From assembly GCA_963920595.1 (NCBI GenBank), contig OY986947.1, positions 310,001-374,000 on the forward strand: 64,000 nucleotides of DNA, read 5' to 3'. How positions within the stretch are numbered: the stretch's first letter is position 1; the number at the start of each line of letters is the position of its first letter. Made by a program: the position numbers and the translations under genes. The notes beneath the pieces were generated by a model. It ran no database searches. It saw only the letters and a program-made list of their open reading frames with translations, and was not told the DNA's origin. Shown piece by piece: positions 1-13,500 of this stretch. The stretch is from Eimeria praecox (Eukaryota).

Positions 1-2599
1 GCCCATGATTCAAAACAGCTCAATGAGAGAGCCTAACCCTGTCCCCAATGCCATACCCAATCGTCCAAACCGTCATGCATCTAGCGTCCCCACCTCAACA
101 CGCACTCCAACGCAAACACTCAACATCCAACACCCCCACACCCAGTGGCAAGCGCAACACAACTCCCCCGCCGAAACCGAATCCAGAGCTTCACCAACGC
201 CGCTCTAGGCAGTCGATCGTGTGTACAACCTCTGACGGGAATTGCCGCCTTCACGCTAGAGTCTCTTCCACTCTTTCGATTTTACAACAACAGCCACGCA
301 CGTCCTGCACAAGGAAAACAGCGCGCGCAGCACAACCGCTGATGAGCACGATTCTTGCGTTCCCCACCTTGCCGCCTTTCGGTGCTGCCATATATCCGCT
401 CCCACCCAGCTCCACACAACAGGCAGTAGAACCCATGATTCAGAACAGCACATCGAGAGAGCCTAACCCTGTCCACAATACCATACCCAATCGTCCAAAT
501 CGTCATGCATCTGGCGTTCCCACCTCAACACGCACTCCAACGCAAACACTCAACATCCAACACCCTTACAACCATTGGCAAACGTTCCACAACATCGCCG
601 CCGGAAAAGAATGCAGACATTCACCAACCCCGCTCTAGACAGTCGATCGTGTGTACAACCTGTGACAGATATTGCCACCTCCAAGCTAGAGTCCCTTCCA
701 CTGCTTGGAAATTACAACCACAACCACCCACTCCCTGCACAAGGAAAACAGCGCGTTTCTCACCTTGCCGCCTGTCGGTGCTCTCATGCATCCGCTCCCA
801 CCCACCTCCACACAGCAAGCACTGGAACCCATGATTCAAAACAGCTCACTGAAAGAGCCTAACCCTGTCCGCAATACCATACCCAATCGTCCCAATCATC
901 ATGCATCTAGCGTTCCCACCTCAGCACGCACACCCGCGGAAACGCTCAACATGCAACACCCTCACAACCAGTGGCAAACGTGCCACAACACCACCGCCGA
1001 AAAAGAATGCAGACATTCGCCAACCCCGCTCTAGACAGTCGATCGTATGTGCAACGTCTGACGGGAATTGCCGCCTCCAAGCTAGAGGCTCTTCCACTGT
1101 TTCGATATTACAATCACAACCACGCACATCCTGCAGAAAAGAAATAGCGCCCACACCACAAACCCTGATGAACACGATTCTTGCGTTCTTCACCTTGCCG
1201 CGCGTCGGTGCTGTCATGCATCCGCTCCCACTCAACTCCACAAAATAGGCAGTGGAATCCGTACTTCGGCACAGCACATCAGAAAAGCCTAACCCTGTCC
1301 GCAATACCATACCCAATCGTCCAAATCATCATGCATCTAGCGTTCGCGCCTCAACACGCACACCTACGCAAACACTCAACATCCAACACCCTCACACCCA
1401 GTGGCAAACATTCCACAACATCACCGCCGGAAAAGAATGCAGACATTCACCAACCGCGCTCTAGACAGTCGATCGTGTGTGCAACGTCTGACGGGAATTG
1501 CAGCCTCCAAGCTAGAGTCTCTTCCACTCTTTCGATACTACAACCACGATCACACACGTCCTGCACAAGAGAAACAGCGCGCGCAGCAGAATTCCTCATA
1601 AGCACGATTCTTGCATTCCTCACCTTGTCGCCCGTCGGTGCTATCATGCATCCGCTCCCATCCAGGTCCGCACAACAGGCAGTGGAACCCATGAATCAAA
1701 ACAGCTCATTGAGAGAGCCTAACCCTGTCCGCAATACCATACCCAATCGTCCAAACCATCATGCGCTTACCCTTCCCACCTCACCACCTACAACAACGCA
1801 CCAACCCAGCATGCAACACCCTCACAATCAGTGACAAACGTGCCACAACATCACCGCCGAAAAAGAATGCAGACATTCACCAACCCCGTTCTAGCCAGTC
1901 GATCGTATGTGCAACGTCTGACGGGAATTGCCGCCTCCAAGCTAGAGTCTTTTCTACTGTTTCGATATTGCAACCACAACCACGCACTAGCTGCACAAGG
2001 AAGGGCGCAGCGCAGTACAACCCCTGATGAGCACGATTCTTGCATTCCTCACCTTCCCGCCCGTCGGTGCTATCATGCATCCGCTCCCACCCAGCTCCAC
2101 ACAACAGGCAGTAAAACCCATGATTCAAAACAGCACATCGAGAGAGCCTAACCCTGTCCCCAATACCTAACCCAATCGTCCAAATCGTCATGCGTCTAGC
2201 GCTCCCACCTCAACACGCACTCCAACGCAAACACTCAACATCCAACACCCTCACAACCAGTGGCAAACGTGCCACAACACCACCGCCGAAAAAGAGCGCA
2301 GACATTCACCAACCCCGCTCTAGACAGTCAATAATGTGCACAACCTCTGACGGGAATTGCCGCCTCCAAGTCAGAGTCTCTTTCACAGTTCCGATATTAC
2401 AACCACAACCACGCACCACCTGCAAAAGGAAAGGCGCAGCGCAGCACAACCCCTGATGAGCGCGATTGCGTTCCTCATCTTGCCGCCAGTGGGTGCTCTC
2501 ATGCATCCGCTCCCACTCAACTCCACACAACAGGTAGTGGAACCCACGATTCAAAACAGCTCATCGAGAGAGCCTAACCCTGTCCGCAATACCATACCC

Positions 2600-5500
2600 T
2601 ATCGTCCAAATCATCATGCATCTAGCGTTCCCACCTCAGCACGCGCACCCAGCCAAACACTCAACATCCAACACCCTCACAACTAGTGGCAAACGTTCCA
2701 CAACGCCAGTTCCTAAGCCTAACTCAGAGCTTCATCAACCCGGCTCTAGACAGTCGAAAGTGTGTACAGCCTCTGACGGGAATTGCCGCCTCCAAGCTAT
2801 AGGCTCTTCCACTGTTTCGATATTACAAAAACAGAAACTCACCAGCTGAACAAGGAAACGCGCAGCGCAGCACAACCCCTGATGAGCACAATTCTTGCGT
2901 TCCTTACCTTCTCGCCCGTCGGTGCTATTATGCATCCGCCGCTCCCACCCAGCTCCACACAACAGGCAGTGGAACCCATGATTCAAAACAGCTCATTGAG
3001 AGAGCCTAACCCTGTCCGCAATATCATACCCAATCGTCCAAATCATCATGCATCTACCGTCCCCACCTCAACACGCACTTCCACGCAAACACTCAACATC
3101 CAACACCCTCACAAGCAGTGGCTTACCTGCCACAACACCACCGCCGCAAACGGATCGAGAGCTTCAGCAACCCCGTTCAAGGTAGTCGTTCGTGTGTACA
3201 ACGTCTGACGGGAATTGCCGCCCCAAACTAGAGGCTCTTCCCCTGTTTCGATATTACAACCACAGAAACTCACCAGCTGCACAAGGAAACGCGCAACGAA
3301 GCGCAACCCCTGATGAGCACGATTCTTGCGTTCCTCAACTCCCTGCCCGTCGGTGGTGTCATGCATCCGCTCCCACCCACCTCCACACAACAGGCAGTGG
3401 AACCCATGATTAAAACCAGCACATCGACAGAGCCTAACCCTGTCCGCAATACCATACCCTATCGTCCAAATCCTCATGCATCTAGCGTTCCCACCTCACA
3501 CACCTACAACCACGCAAACATTCACCATCCATCACCATCCAACACCCTCACACCCAATGACAAACCCGCCACAACACCACCGCCCAAAAAGAATGCAGAT
3601 ACGCACCTCCCGCGCGTTTTAGACAGTCCATCGTGTGTACAGCGTCTGACGGGAATTGCCGCTTCCAAGCTAGAGTCTCTTCCAATGCTTCGATATTACA
3701 GCCACAACCACGCACTTCCTGCTCAGGAGAAACAGTGCGCGCAGCACAATCCGCTGATACGCACGATTCTTGCGTTCCTCACCTTGCCGCCGGTCGGCAC
3801 TGTCATGCATCCGCTCCCACCCAGCTCCACACAACAGGCAGTAAAACCCATGATTCACAAACCAGCTCATTGAGAGAGCCTAACGATGTCCGCAATACCA
3901 TACCCTATCGTCCAAATCATCATGCATCTAGCGTCTCCACCTCAGCACGAGCACCCAGCCAAACGCTCAGCATCCAACACCCTCACAACCAGTGGCAAAC
4001 GTTCCACAACGCCAGCTCCTAAGCCTAACTCAGAGCTTCACCAACCCGGCTCTAAACAGTCGAAAGTGTGTACAGCCTCTGACGGGAATTGCCGCCTCCA
4101 AGCTAGAGGCTCCTCCACTGTTTCGCTATTAAAGCCATAACCACGCACTTCCTGCAGAAGAGAAACAGCGGCGCACTACAACGCCTGATGAGCACGATTC
4201 TTGCATTCCTCACCTTGCTGCCCGTCAGTAGTGTCATGCATCCGCTCCCACCCAGCTCCACACAACAGGCAGTAAAACCCATGATTCAAAACAGCTCATT
4301 GAGAGAGCCTAACCCTGTCCGCAATACCATACCCTATCGTCCAAATCATCATGCATCTAGCGTTCCCACCTCAACACGCACTTCCACGCAAACACTTAAC
4401 ATCAAACACCCTCACAAGCAGTGGCTTACCTGCCACAACACCACCGCCGCAAACGGATCGAGAGCTTCAGCAACCGCGTTCAAGGTAGTCGATCGTGTGT
4501 ACAACGTCTGACGGGAATTGCCGCCCCAAACTAGAGGCTCTTCCCCTGTTTCGATATTACAACCACAGAAACTCACCAGCTGCACAAGGAAACGCGCAAC
4601 GAAGCGCAACCCCTGATGAGCACGATTCTTGCGTTCCTCAACTCCCTGCCCGTCGGTGGTGTCATGCATCCGCTCCCACCCACCTCCACACAACAGGCAG
4701 TGGAACCCATGATTAAAACCAGCACATCGACAGAGCCTAACCCTGTCCGCAATACCATACCCTATCGTCCAAATCCTCATGCATCTAGCGTTCCCACCTC
4801 AACACCTACAACCACGCAAACATTCACCATCCATCACCATCCAACACCCTCACACCCAATGACAAACCCGCCACAACACCACCGCCCAAAAAGAATGCAG
4901 ATACGCACCACCCGCGCGTTTTAGACAGTCCATCGTGTGTACAGCGTCTGACGGGAATTGCCGCCTCCAAGCTAGAGTCTCTTCCAATGTTTCGATATTA
5001 CAACCACAACTACGCACTTCCTGCTCAGGAGAAACAGTACGCGCAGCACAATCCGCTGATACGCACGATTCTTGCATTCCTCACCTTCCCGCCGGTCGGC
5101 ACTGTCATGCATCCGCTCCCACCCAGCTCCACACAACAGGCAGTAAAACCCATGATTCACAAACCAGCTCATTGAGAGAGCCTAACCCTGTCCGCAATAC
5201 CATACCCAATCGTCCAAATCGCCATGCATCTAGCGTTCCCACCTCAGCACGCACACCCGCCGAAACGCTCAACTTCCAACACCCTCACAACCAGTGGCAA
5301 ACGTGCCACAACACCACCGCCGAAAAAGAGCGCAGACATTCACCAACCCCGCTCTAGACAGTCGATCCTCTGTGCAGCGTCTGACGGGAATTGCCGCGTC
5401 CAAGCTAGAGGCTCTTCCACTGTTTCGATATTACAACCACAGAAACGCACCAGCTGGACAAGGAAACGTGCAGCGCAGCACAACCCCTGATGAGCACGAT

Positions 5501-7500
5501 TCTTGCGTTCCTCACCTTCCCGCCCGTCGGTGCTATCATGCATCCGCTCCCACCCACCTCCACACAACAGGCAGTGGAACCCATGATTCAAAACAGCACA
5601 TCGAGAGAGCCTAACCCTGTCCGCAATACCATACCCAATCGTCCAAATCATCATGCGTCTAGCGCTCCCACCTCAACACGCACACCCGCGGAAACACTCA
5701 ACATCCAACGCCCTCACAACCAGTGGCAAACGCCCCACAAGGCCAGCGCTTAAGCCTAACTCAGAGCTTCACCAACCGGGCTCTAGACAGTCGAAAGTGT
5801 GTACAGCCTCTGACGGGAATTGCCGCCTCCAAGCTAGAGTCTCTGCCACTGTTTCGATTTTACAACTACCGCCACTTACGTCCTTTATAAGAGAACCAGC
5901 GAGCGCAGTACAACCCCTGATGAGCACGATTCTTGCATTCCTCACCTTCCCGCCCGTCGGTGCTGTCATGCATCCGCCGCTCCCACCCAGCTCCACACAA
6001 CAGGCAGTAAAACCCATGATTCACAAACCAGCTCATTGAGAGAGCCTAGCCCTGTCCGCAATACCACACCCAATCGTCCAAATCATCATGCATCTAGCGC
6101 TCCCACCTCAACACGCACTTCCACGCAAACACTCAAAATCCAACACCCTCACACCCAGTGGCAGGCGTGCCACAACACCACCGCCGCAAACGGATCGAGA
6201 GCTTCAGCAACCCCGTTCAAGGCAGTCGATCGTGTGTACAACGTCTGACGGGAATTGCCGCCTCCAAGCTAGAGGCTCTTCCCCTGTTTCGATATTACAA
6301 CCACAGAAACTCACCAGCTGCACAAGGAAACGCGCAACGAAGCGCAACCCCTGATGAGCACGATTCTTGCGTTCCTCAACTCCCTGCCCGTCGGTGGTGT
6401 CATGCATCCGCTCCCACCCACCTCCACACAACAGGCAGTGGAACCCATGATTAAAACCAGCACATCGACAGAGCCTAACCCTGTCCGCAATACCATACCC
6501 TATCGTCCAAATCCTCATGCATCTAGCGTTCCCACCTCACACACCTACAACCACCCAAACATTCACCATCCATCACCATCCAACACCCTCACACCCAATG
6601 ACAAACCCGCCACAACACCACCGCCCAAAAAGAATGCAGATACGCACCACCCGCGCGTTTTAGACAGTCCATCGTGTGTACAGCGTCTGACGGGAATTGC
6701 CGCTTCCAAGCTAGAGTCTCTTCCAATGTTTCGGTATTACAGCCACAACCACGCACTTCCTGCTCAGGAGAAACAGTGCGCGCAGCACAGCACAACCCCT
6801 GATGAGCACGATTCTTGCATTCCTCACCTTCCCGCCCGTCGGTGCTGTCATGCATCCGCTCCCACCCAGCTCCACACAACAGGCAGTAAAACCCATGATT
6901 CACAAACCAGCTCATTGAGAGAGCCTAACGATGTCCGCAATGCCATACCCTATCGTCCAAATCATCATGCATCTAGCGTCTCCACCTCAGCACGAGCACC
7001 CAGCCAAACGCTCAGCATCCAACACCCTCACAACCAGTGGCAAACGTTCCACAACGCCAGCTCCTAAGCCTAACTCAGAGCTTCACCAACCCGGCTCTAA
7101 ACAGTCGAAAGTGTGTACAGCCTCTGACGGGAATTGCCGCCTCCAAGCTAGAGTCTCTTCCACTGTTTCGATATCAAAAAAACAGCCACGCACGAGCTGC
7201 ACAGGGAAACGCGCAACGAAGCACAACCCCTGATGAGCACAATTCTTGCGTTCCTCAACTCCCTGCCCGTCAGTGGTGTCATGCATCTGCTCCCACCCAG
7301 CTCCACACAACAGGCAGTGGAACCCATGATTAAAACCAGCACATCGACAGAGCCTAACCCTGTCCGCAATACCATACCCTATCGTCCAAATCCTCATGCA
7401 TCTAGCGTTCCCACCTCAACACCTACAACCACGCAAACATTCAACATGCAACAACCTCACACCCAATGGCAAACGCGCCACACCACCACCACCCAAAACG
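2600..7500. repeat. Decayed higher-order repeat (3- and 4-monomer units) in the old domain
   Basis: Near-identical ORFs at 3109/4412 and 3313/4616 (1303 bp apart), and 4616/6354 (1738 bp apart). Marker caccatccatcaccatcca at ~3523, ~4825, ~6564. Marker taagcctaactcagagc at ~2714, ~4020, ~5751, ~7065. Confidence 0.85.
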
Positions 7501-10500
7501 AATGCAGATACGCACCACCCGCGCGTTTTAGACAGTGGCCCGTGTGTACAGCCTCTTACGGGAGTTGCCGTATCCAAGCTAGAGTCTCATGCTCTTGCAT
7601 TGCACTGTTTCGATATTACAACCACAGAAACGCACCAGCTGCACAAGGGAAAAAAAGCTTGCGCAGCACAACTCTTGATGAGCACGATTCTTGCGTTTCC
7701 CACCTTGCTGCCCGTCGGTAGTGTCATGCATCCGCACCCACCCAGCTCCACACAACAGGCACTGGAACCCATGATTCAATCTAGCTTATCGGGAGAGCCT
7801 AACCCTGTCCGCAATACCATACCCAATCGTCCAAATCATCATGCATCTAGCGGTCCCACCTCAACGCGCACACCCATGCAAACATTCAACATCCAACACT
7901 CTCACAAGCAGTGGCAAACGTGCCACAACACCACCGCCGAAAACGAATCCAGAGCTGCAGCAACCCCATTCAAGGCAGTCGATCGTGTGTGCAACGTCTG
8001 ACGGGAATTGCCACCTCCAAGCTAGAGTCTCTTCCACTCTTTCGATATTACAACCACAGAAACTCACCAGCTGGACAAGGAAACGCGCAACGAAGCACAA
8101 CCCCTGATGAGCACAATTCTTGCGTTCCTCACCTTCCCGCCCGCCGGTGCTCTCATGCATCCGCAACCACGCAGCTCCACACAACAGGCATTATAACCCA
8201 TGATTCACAAAACAACTCATCGAGAGAGCCTAAACCTGCCCCAATACCATGCCCAATCGTCCCAATCATCATGCATCTAGCGTTCCCACCTCAACACGCA
8301 CACCCACGCAAACACTCAACATCCAACACCCTCACAACCAGTGGCAAGCGTTTCAGAGCACCACCGCCCAAAAAGAATGCAGACATTCACCAACCTCGCT
8401 CTAGACAGTCGATCGTGTGTACAACCTTTGACGGGAATTGCCACCTCCATGCTGGAGTCCGCATCCACAGTTTCGATATTACAACCACAACCACGCACTT
8501 TCTGCACAAGGAAAATAGCGCGCGCAGCACAACCCCTGATGAGCACGATTCTTGCGTTCCTCACCTTCCCGCCCGTCGGTGGTTTCACGCATCCGCTCCC
8601 ACCCAGCTCCACACAACAGGCAGTGGAACCCGTGATTCAAAATAGCACATTGAGAGAGCCTAGCCCTGTCCGCAATACCATACCCTATCGTCCAAGCCAT
8701 CACGCGTCTAGCGTTCCCACCTCAATGCGCACACCTATGCAAACACTCAACATCCAACAACCTCACACCCAGTGGCAAGAGCTCCACACCTCCACCGTCG
8801 AAAACAAATCCAGAGCTTCACCAGCCCGGCTCTAGACACTCGACCGTGTGTACAGCCTCTGACGGGAATTGCCAATTTCATGCTGGAGTTCGCTTCCACT
8901 GTTTCGATATTACAATCACAACCACGCACTCCCTGCACAAGGAAAACAGCGCGCGCAGTACAACCCCTGATAAGCACGATTCTTGCGTTCCTCACCTTGC
9001 CGCACGTCGGTGCTATCATGCATCCGCTCCCACTCAGCTCCACACAACAGGCAGTAAAACCCATGATTCAAAACAGCACATCGAGAGAGCTTAACCCTGT
9101 CCGCAATGCCATACCTAATCGTCCAAATCATCATGCGTCTAGCGTTCCCACCTGAACATGCACACCCGCGGAAACGGCCATCATTCAACATGCTCACAAT
9201 CAGTGGCAAACGTTCCACAACACCACCGCCGAAAAAGAATGCAGACATTCAGCAACCCCGCTCTAGACAGTCCATCGTGTGTGCAGCCTCTGACAGAAAT
9301 TGCCGCGTCCAAGCTAGCGGCTCTTCCGCTGCTCCGATACTACAATCACAACCACGTACCTGCTGCACGAGAGAAACCGTGAGCGCAGCACAACTCCCTG
9401 ATAAGCACAATGTCTTCGTTCCTCACCTTGCCGCCCGTCGGTGCTGTCATGAATCCGCTCCCACCCACCTCCACACAACAGGCAGTAAAACCCATGATTC
9501 ACAAACCAGCTCATTGAGAGAGCCTAACCCTGTCCGCAATACCATACCCAATCGTCCAAATCGTCATGCATCTAGCGTTCCCACCTCAACACGCACACCC
9601 GCGGAAACGCTCAACATGCAACACCCTCACAACCAGTGGCAAACGTGCCACAACACCACCGCCGAAAAAGAATGCAGACATATATTAACCAACCCCGCTC
9701 TAGACAGTTGATCGTATGTGCAACGTCTGACGGGAATTGCCGCCTCCAAGCTAGAGGCTCCTCCACTGTTTCGAAACTACAATCACAACCACGTACCTGC
9801 TGGACAAGAAAAAACAACGCGCGCAGCACAACTACCTGATGAGCGCGATTCTTGCATTCCTCACCTTGCCGCCCGTCGGTGCTGTCATGAATCCGCTCCC
9901 ACCCAGCTCCACACAACAGGCAGTAAAACCCATGATTCACAAACCAGCTCATTGAGAGAGCCTAACCCTGTCCGCAATACCATACCCAATCGTCCAAATC
10001 GTCATGCATCTAGCGTTCCCACCTCAACACCTACAACTACGCAGACACTCAACATCCAACACCCTCACAACAAGTGCCAAACGTGCCACAACATCACCGC
10101 CGAAAAAGAATGCAGACATTCACCAACCCCGCTCTAGACAGTCGATCGTGTGTGCAGGCTCTGGCAGGAATTGCCGCCTCCAAGCTAGAGGTTCTTCCAC
10201 AGTTTCGATATCACAGCAGCAACCACGCACATGCTGCCCAAGGAAAAAAGCGGCGCACTACAAACCCTGATGAGCACGATTCTTGCGTTCCTCACCTTTT
10301 TGCTCGTCGGTGCTGTCATGTATCCGTTCCCACTCAACTCCACACAACAGGCAGTGGAACCCATGATTCAAAACAGCTCATTGAGAGAGCCTAAACCTGT
10401 CCGCAACACCACACCCAGTCGCCCAAATCATCATGCATCTAGCGTCTTCACCTCAGTGCGGTCACCTACGCAAACACTCAACATCCAACACCATCACAAC

Positions 10501-13500
10501 CAGTGGCAAACGCTCCGCAACACCAACGCCAAAGAAGAATACAGACATTCACCAACCCCGCTCTAGACAGTCAAACGTATGTACAACGTCTGACGGGAAA
10601 TGCCTCGTCCAACCTGGAATCTCTTCCACTGTTTCGATATTACAACCACATCCACGCACGCCCTGCACAAGGAAAACAGCGCGCGCAGCACAAGCCCTGA
10701 TGAGCACGATTCTTGCGTTCCTCACCTTCCCGCCCGTCGGTGCTTTCATGCATCTGCTCCCACGGGGTTCCTCACAGCAGGCAGTGGAACCTATGATTGA
10801 AAACAGCTCATCGAGAGAGCCTAACGTTTTCCTCAATACAATACCCAATCGTCCAAATCATCATGCATCTAGCGTCTCCACCGCAACACGCACACCCACG
10901 CAAACACTCAACATCCAACACCCTCCCACCCAGTGGCAAGCATTCTACAACAACAGTGCCGAAAAAAGAGGCAGAACGCCACCAATCCCGCCCTAGATAG
11001 TCGACGGTGTGGACAGCGTCTGACGGGAATTGCCGCCTCCAAGCTAGAATCTCTTCCGCTGGTTCGATACTCAAACCACAACAACGCACCAGCTGCACAA
11101 GGAGAACAGCCATGCTGCGCAACCCACGATGAGCACGATTCTTGCGTTCCTCACATTGGCGGTTGTCAGTCTTGTCATGCCTCCGCTCCCGACCACCTCC
11201 ACCCAACAGGCAGTGGAACCCATGATTCAATATAGCTTATCGAAAGAGCCTAACAGTATTTGCAATGCTATACCCAATCGTCCAACTAGTCATGCATCTA
11301 GCGTTCCCACCTCAACACGCACTCCAACGCAAACGTGCCACAACACCACTGCCGAAAACGAATCCAGAGCTTCAGCATTCGCGCCTTAGACAGTCGTTTG
11401 TACAACCACGCACTCCCTGCATAGGAGAAGCAGCGCGCGCACTACAAACCCTGATGAGCACGACTCTTGCGTTCCTCACCTTCCCGCCCGTCCGTGCTCT
11501 CATGCATCCGCTCCCGCGCACCTCCGCGCAACAGGCAGTGGAACCCACGATTCAAAACAGCTCATCGAGAGAGCCTAACCCTGTCCCCAATACCATACCC
11601 AATCGTCCAAATCGTCATGCACCTGGCGTTTACACCTCAGCAGGCACACCCACCCAAGCATTCAACATCCAACACCCTCACACCCAATGGCAGACGTTCC
11701 ACAGCACCAGCGCCCAAAGCGAACGCAGACACTCACCCACGGCTCTCTTGAAAATCGACAGTATGAACAACGTCTAGCGCGAAATGCCACCTCCCTGCTG
11801 GAGTCTCTTCCACTGTTTCGATATTACAACCACAATCACGCACTCGCTGGACAAGGGCAATGGAGAGCGCACTACAACCCCTGATGTGCACGATTCCTGC
11901 GTTCCTCACCTTCCCTCCGGTCGGTGCTATCATGCATCCGCTCCCACCCGGCTCCACATGACAGGCAGTGGAGCCCACGCTTCAAACCAGCTCATTGAGA
12001 GAGCCTAACCCTGTCCGCAATACCATACCCAATCGTCCAAATCATCATGCATCTAGCGTTCCCACCTCAACACGCACACCCACGCAAGCACTCAGCATCC
12101 AACACACTCACAACCAGTGGCAAACATTCCACAACACGACCGCCGAAAACGAACCCACACGTTCACCACCCTTTCTTTAGGCAGTCGATCGTACGTACAG
12201 CGTTTGACGGGAATTGCCTCCCCCAACCTAGAGTCTCTTCCACTGTGTCGAAATTAGAGCCACAACCACGCACCAGCTGCACAGGAGAAACAGCGACGGC
12301 GTACAACTCCTGATGAGCACGATTCTTGCGTTCCTCACCTTCCCGCCCGTCGGTGCTGTCATGCATCCACTCCCACGCAGCTCCTCACAGCAGGCAGTGG
12401 AACCCATGCTGCACGTACCGCCTGCACCAGAGAACGAGCGTCGCAGTACAAGCCCTGACGAGCACGATTCCTGAGTTCCTGACCTTGCCGGTTGTCAGCC
12501 TTGTCATGCACCCGCACCCACCCAGCTTCACACAGCAGGCAGTGGAACCCATGATTCAAAGCAGCTCATTGAGAGACCCTAACCCTGTCACCAATACCAT
12601 ACCCAATCGTCCAAAGCATCATCAATTTAGCGTTCCCACGTCAACAGGCGCACCCTGCAAACACTTAACATCCAGCACCTTCACAACCAATGGTTTACGT
12701 GTCACAACACCACCGCCGAAAAAGAACGCAGACATTCACCAACCCAACCCAGCCCTAGCCCGTCGACTGTATGTGCAGCGTCTGACGGGAACTGCCATTT
12801 CCATGCTAGAGTCTCTTCCACTGTTTCGATATTATAACCACAATGGCGCACATCCTGCAGAAGGGAACGCGCGGAGCAGTACAGCCCCTCATGAACACGA
12901 TGCTTGCGTTCCTCACCTTGCCGCCCGTCGGTGCTGTCATGCATCTGCTCCCACCCAGCTCCACACAACAGGCAGTAAAACCCATGATTCAAAACAGCTC
13001 ATTGAGAGAGCCTAACCCTGTCCCCAATACCACACCCCGTCGCCCAAATCATCATGCATCTAGCTTCTGCACCTCAATGCGCACACCTACGCAAACACTC
13101 AACCTCCAACACCCTCACACCCAATGGCAAACGTTCCACAGCACTAGCCCCGAAAGTGAATGCAGACATTCACCACCCCGGCTCTAGACAGTCGATCGTA
13201 TGTACAACGTCTGAAGGGAATTGCCACCTGCAGGTTGGGGCCTCTTCCGCTGTTTGGAAACTCAACGAGAACAACGCACCAGCTGCACAAGGAGAATAGC
13301 CATGCAGTACAATCCGCTGATAAGCACGATTCTTGCGTTGCTCACCGTAACGCCTTTCGGTGTTGCTATGCATGCGCTCCCACGCAGCGCCACACAACAG
13401 GCAGTGGAACCCATTATTCAAAACAGGTCATTGAGAGAGCCTAACCCTGTCCCCAATACCATACCCAATCATCCAAATCATCATGCATCTAGCGTTTACA

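Noticed and set aside
2705..7080. cctaagcctaac as interstitial telomere tracts
   Set aside because: There are only two imperfect units, and they are a point-mutated monomer variant copied by the old HOR.
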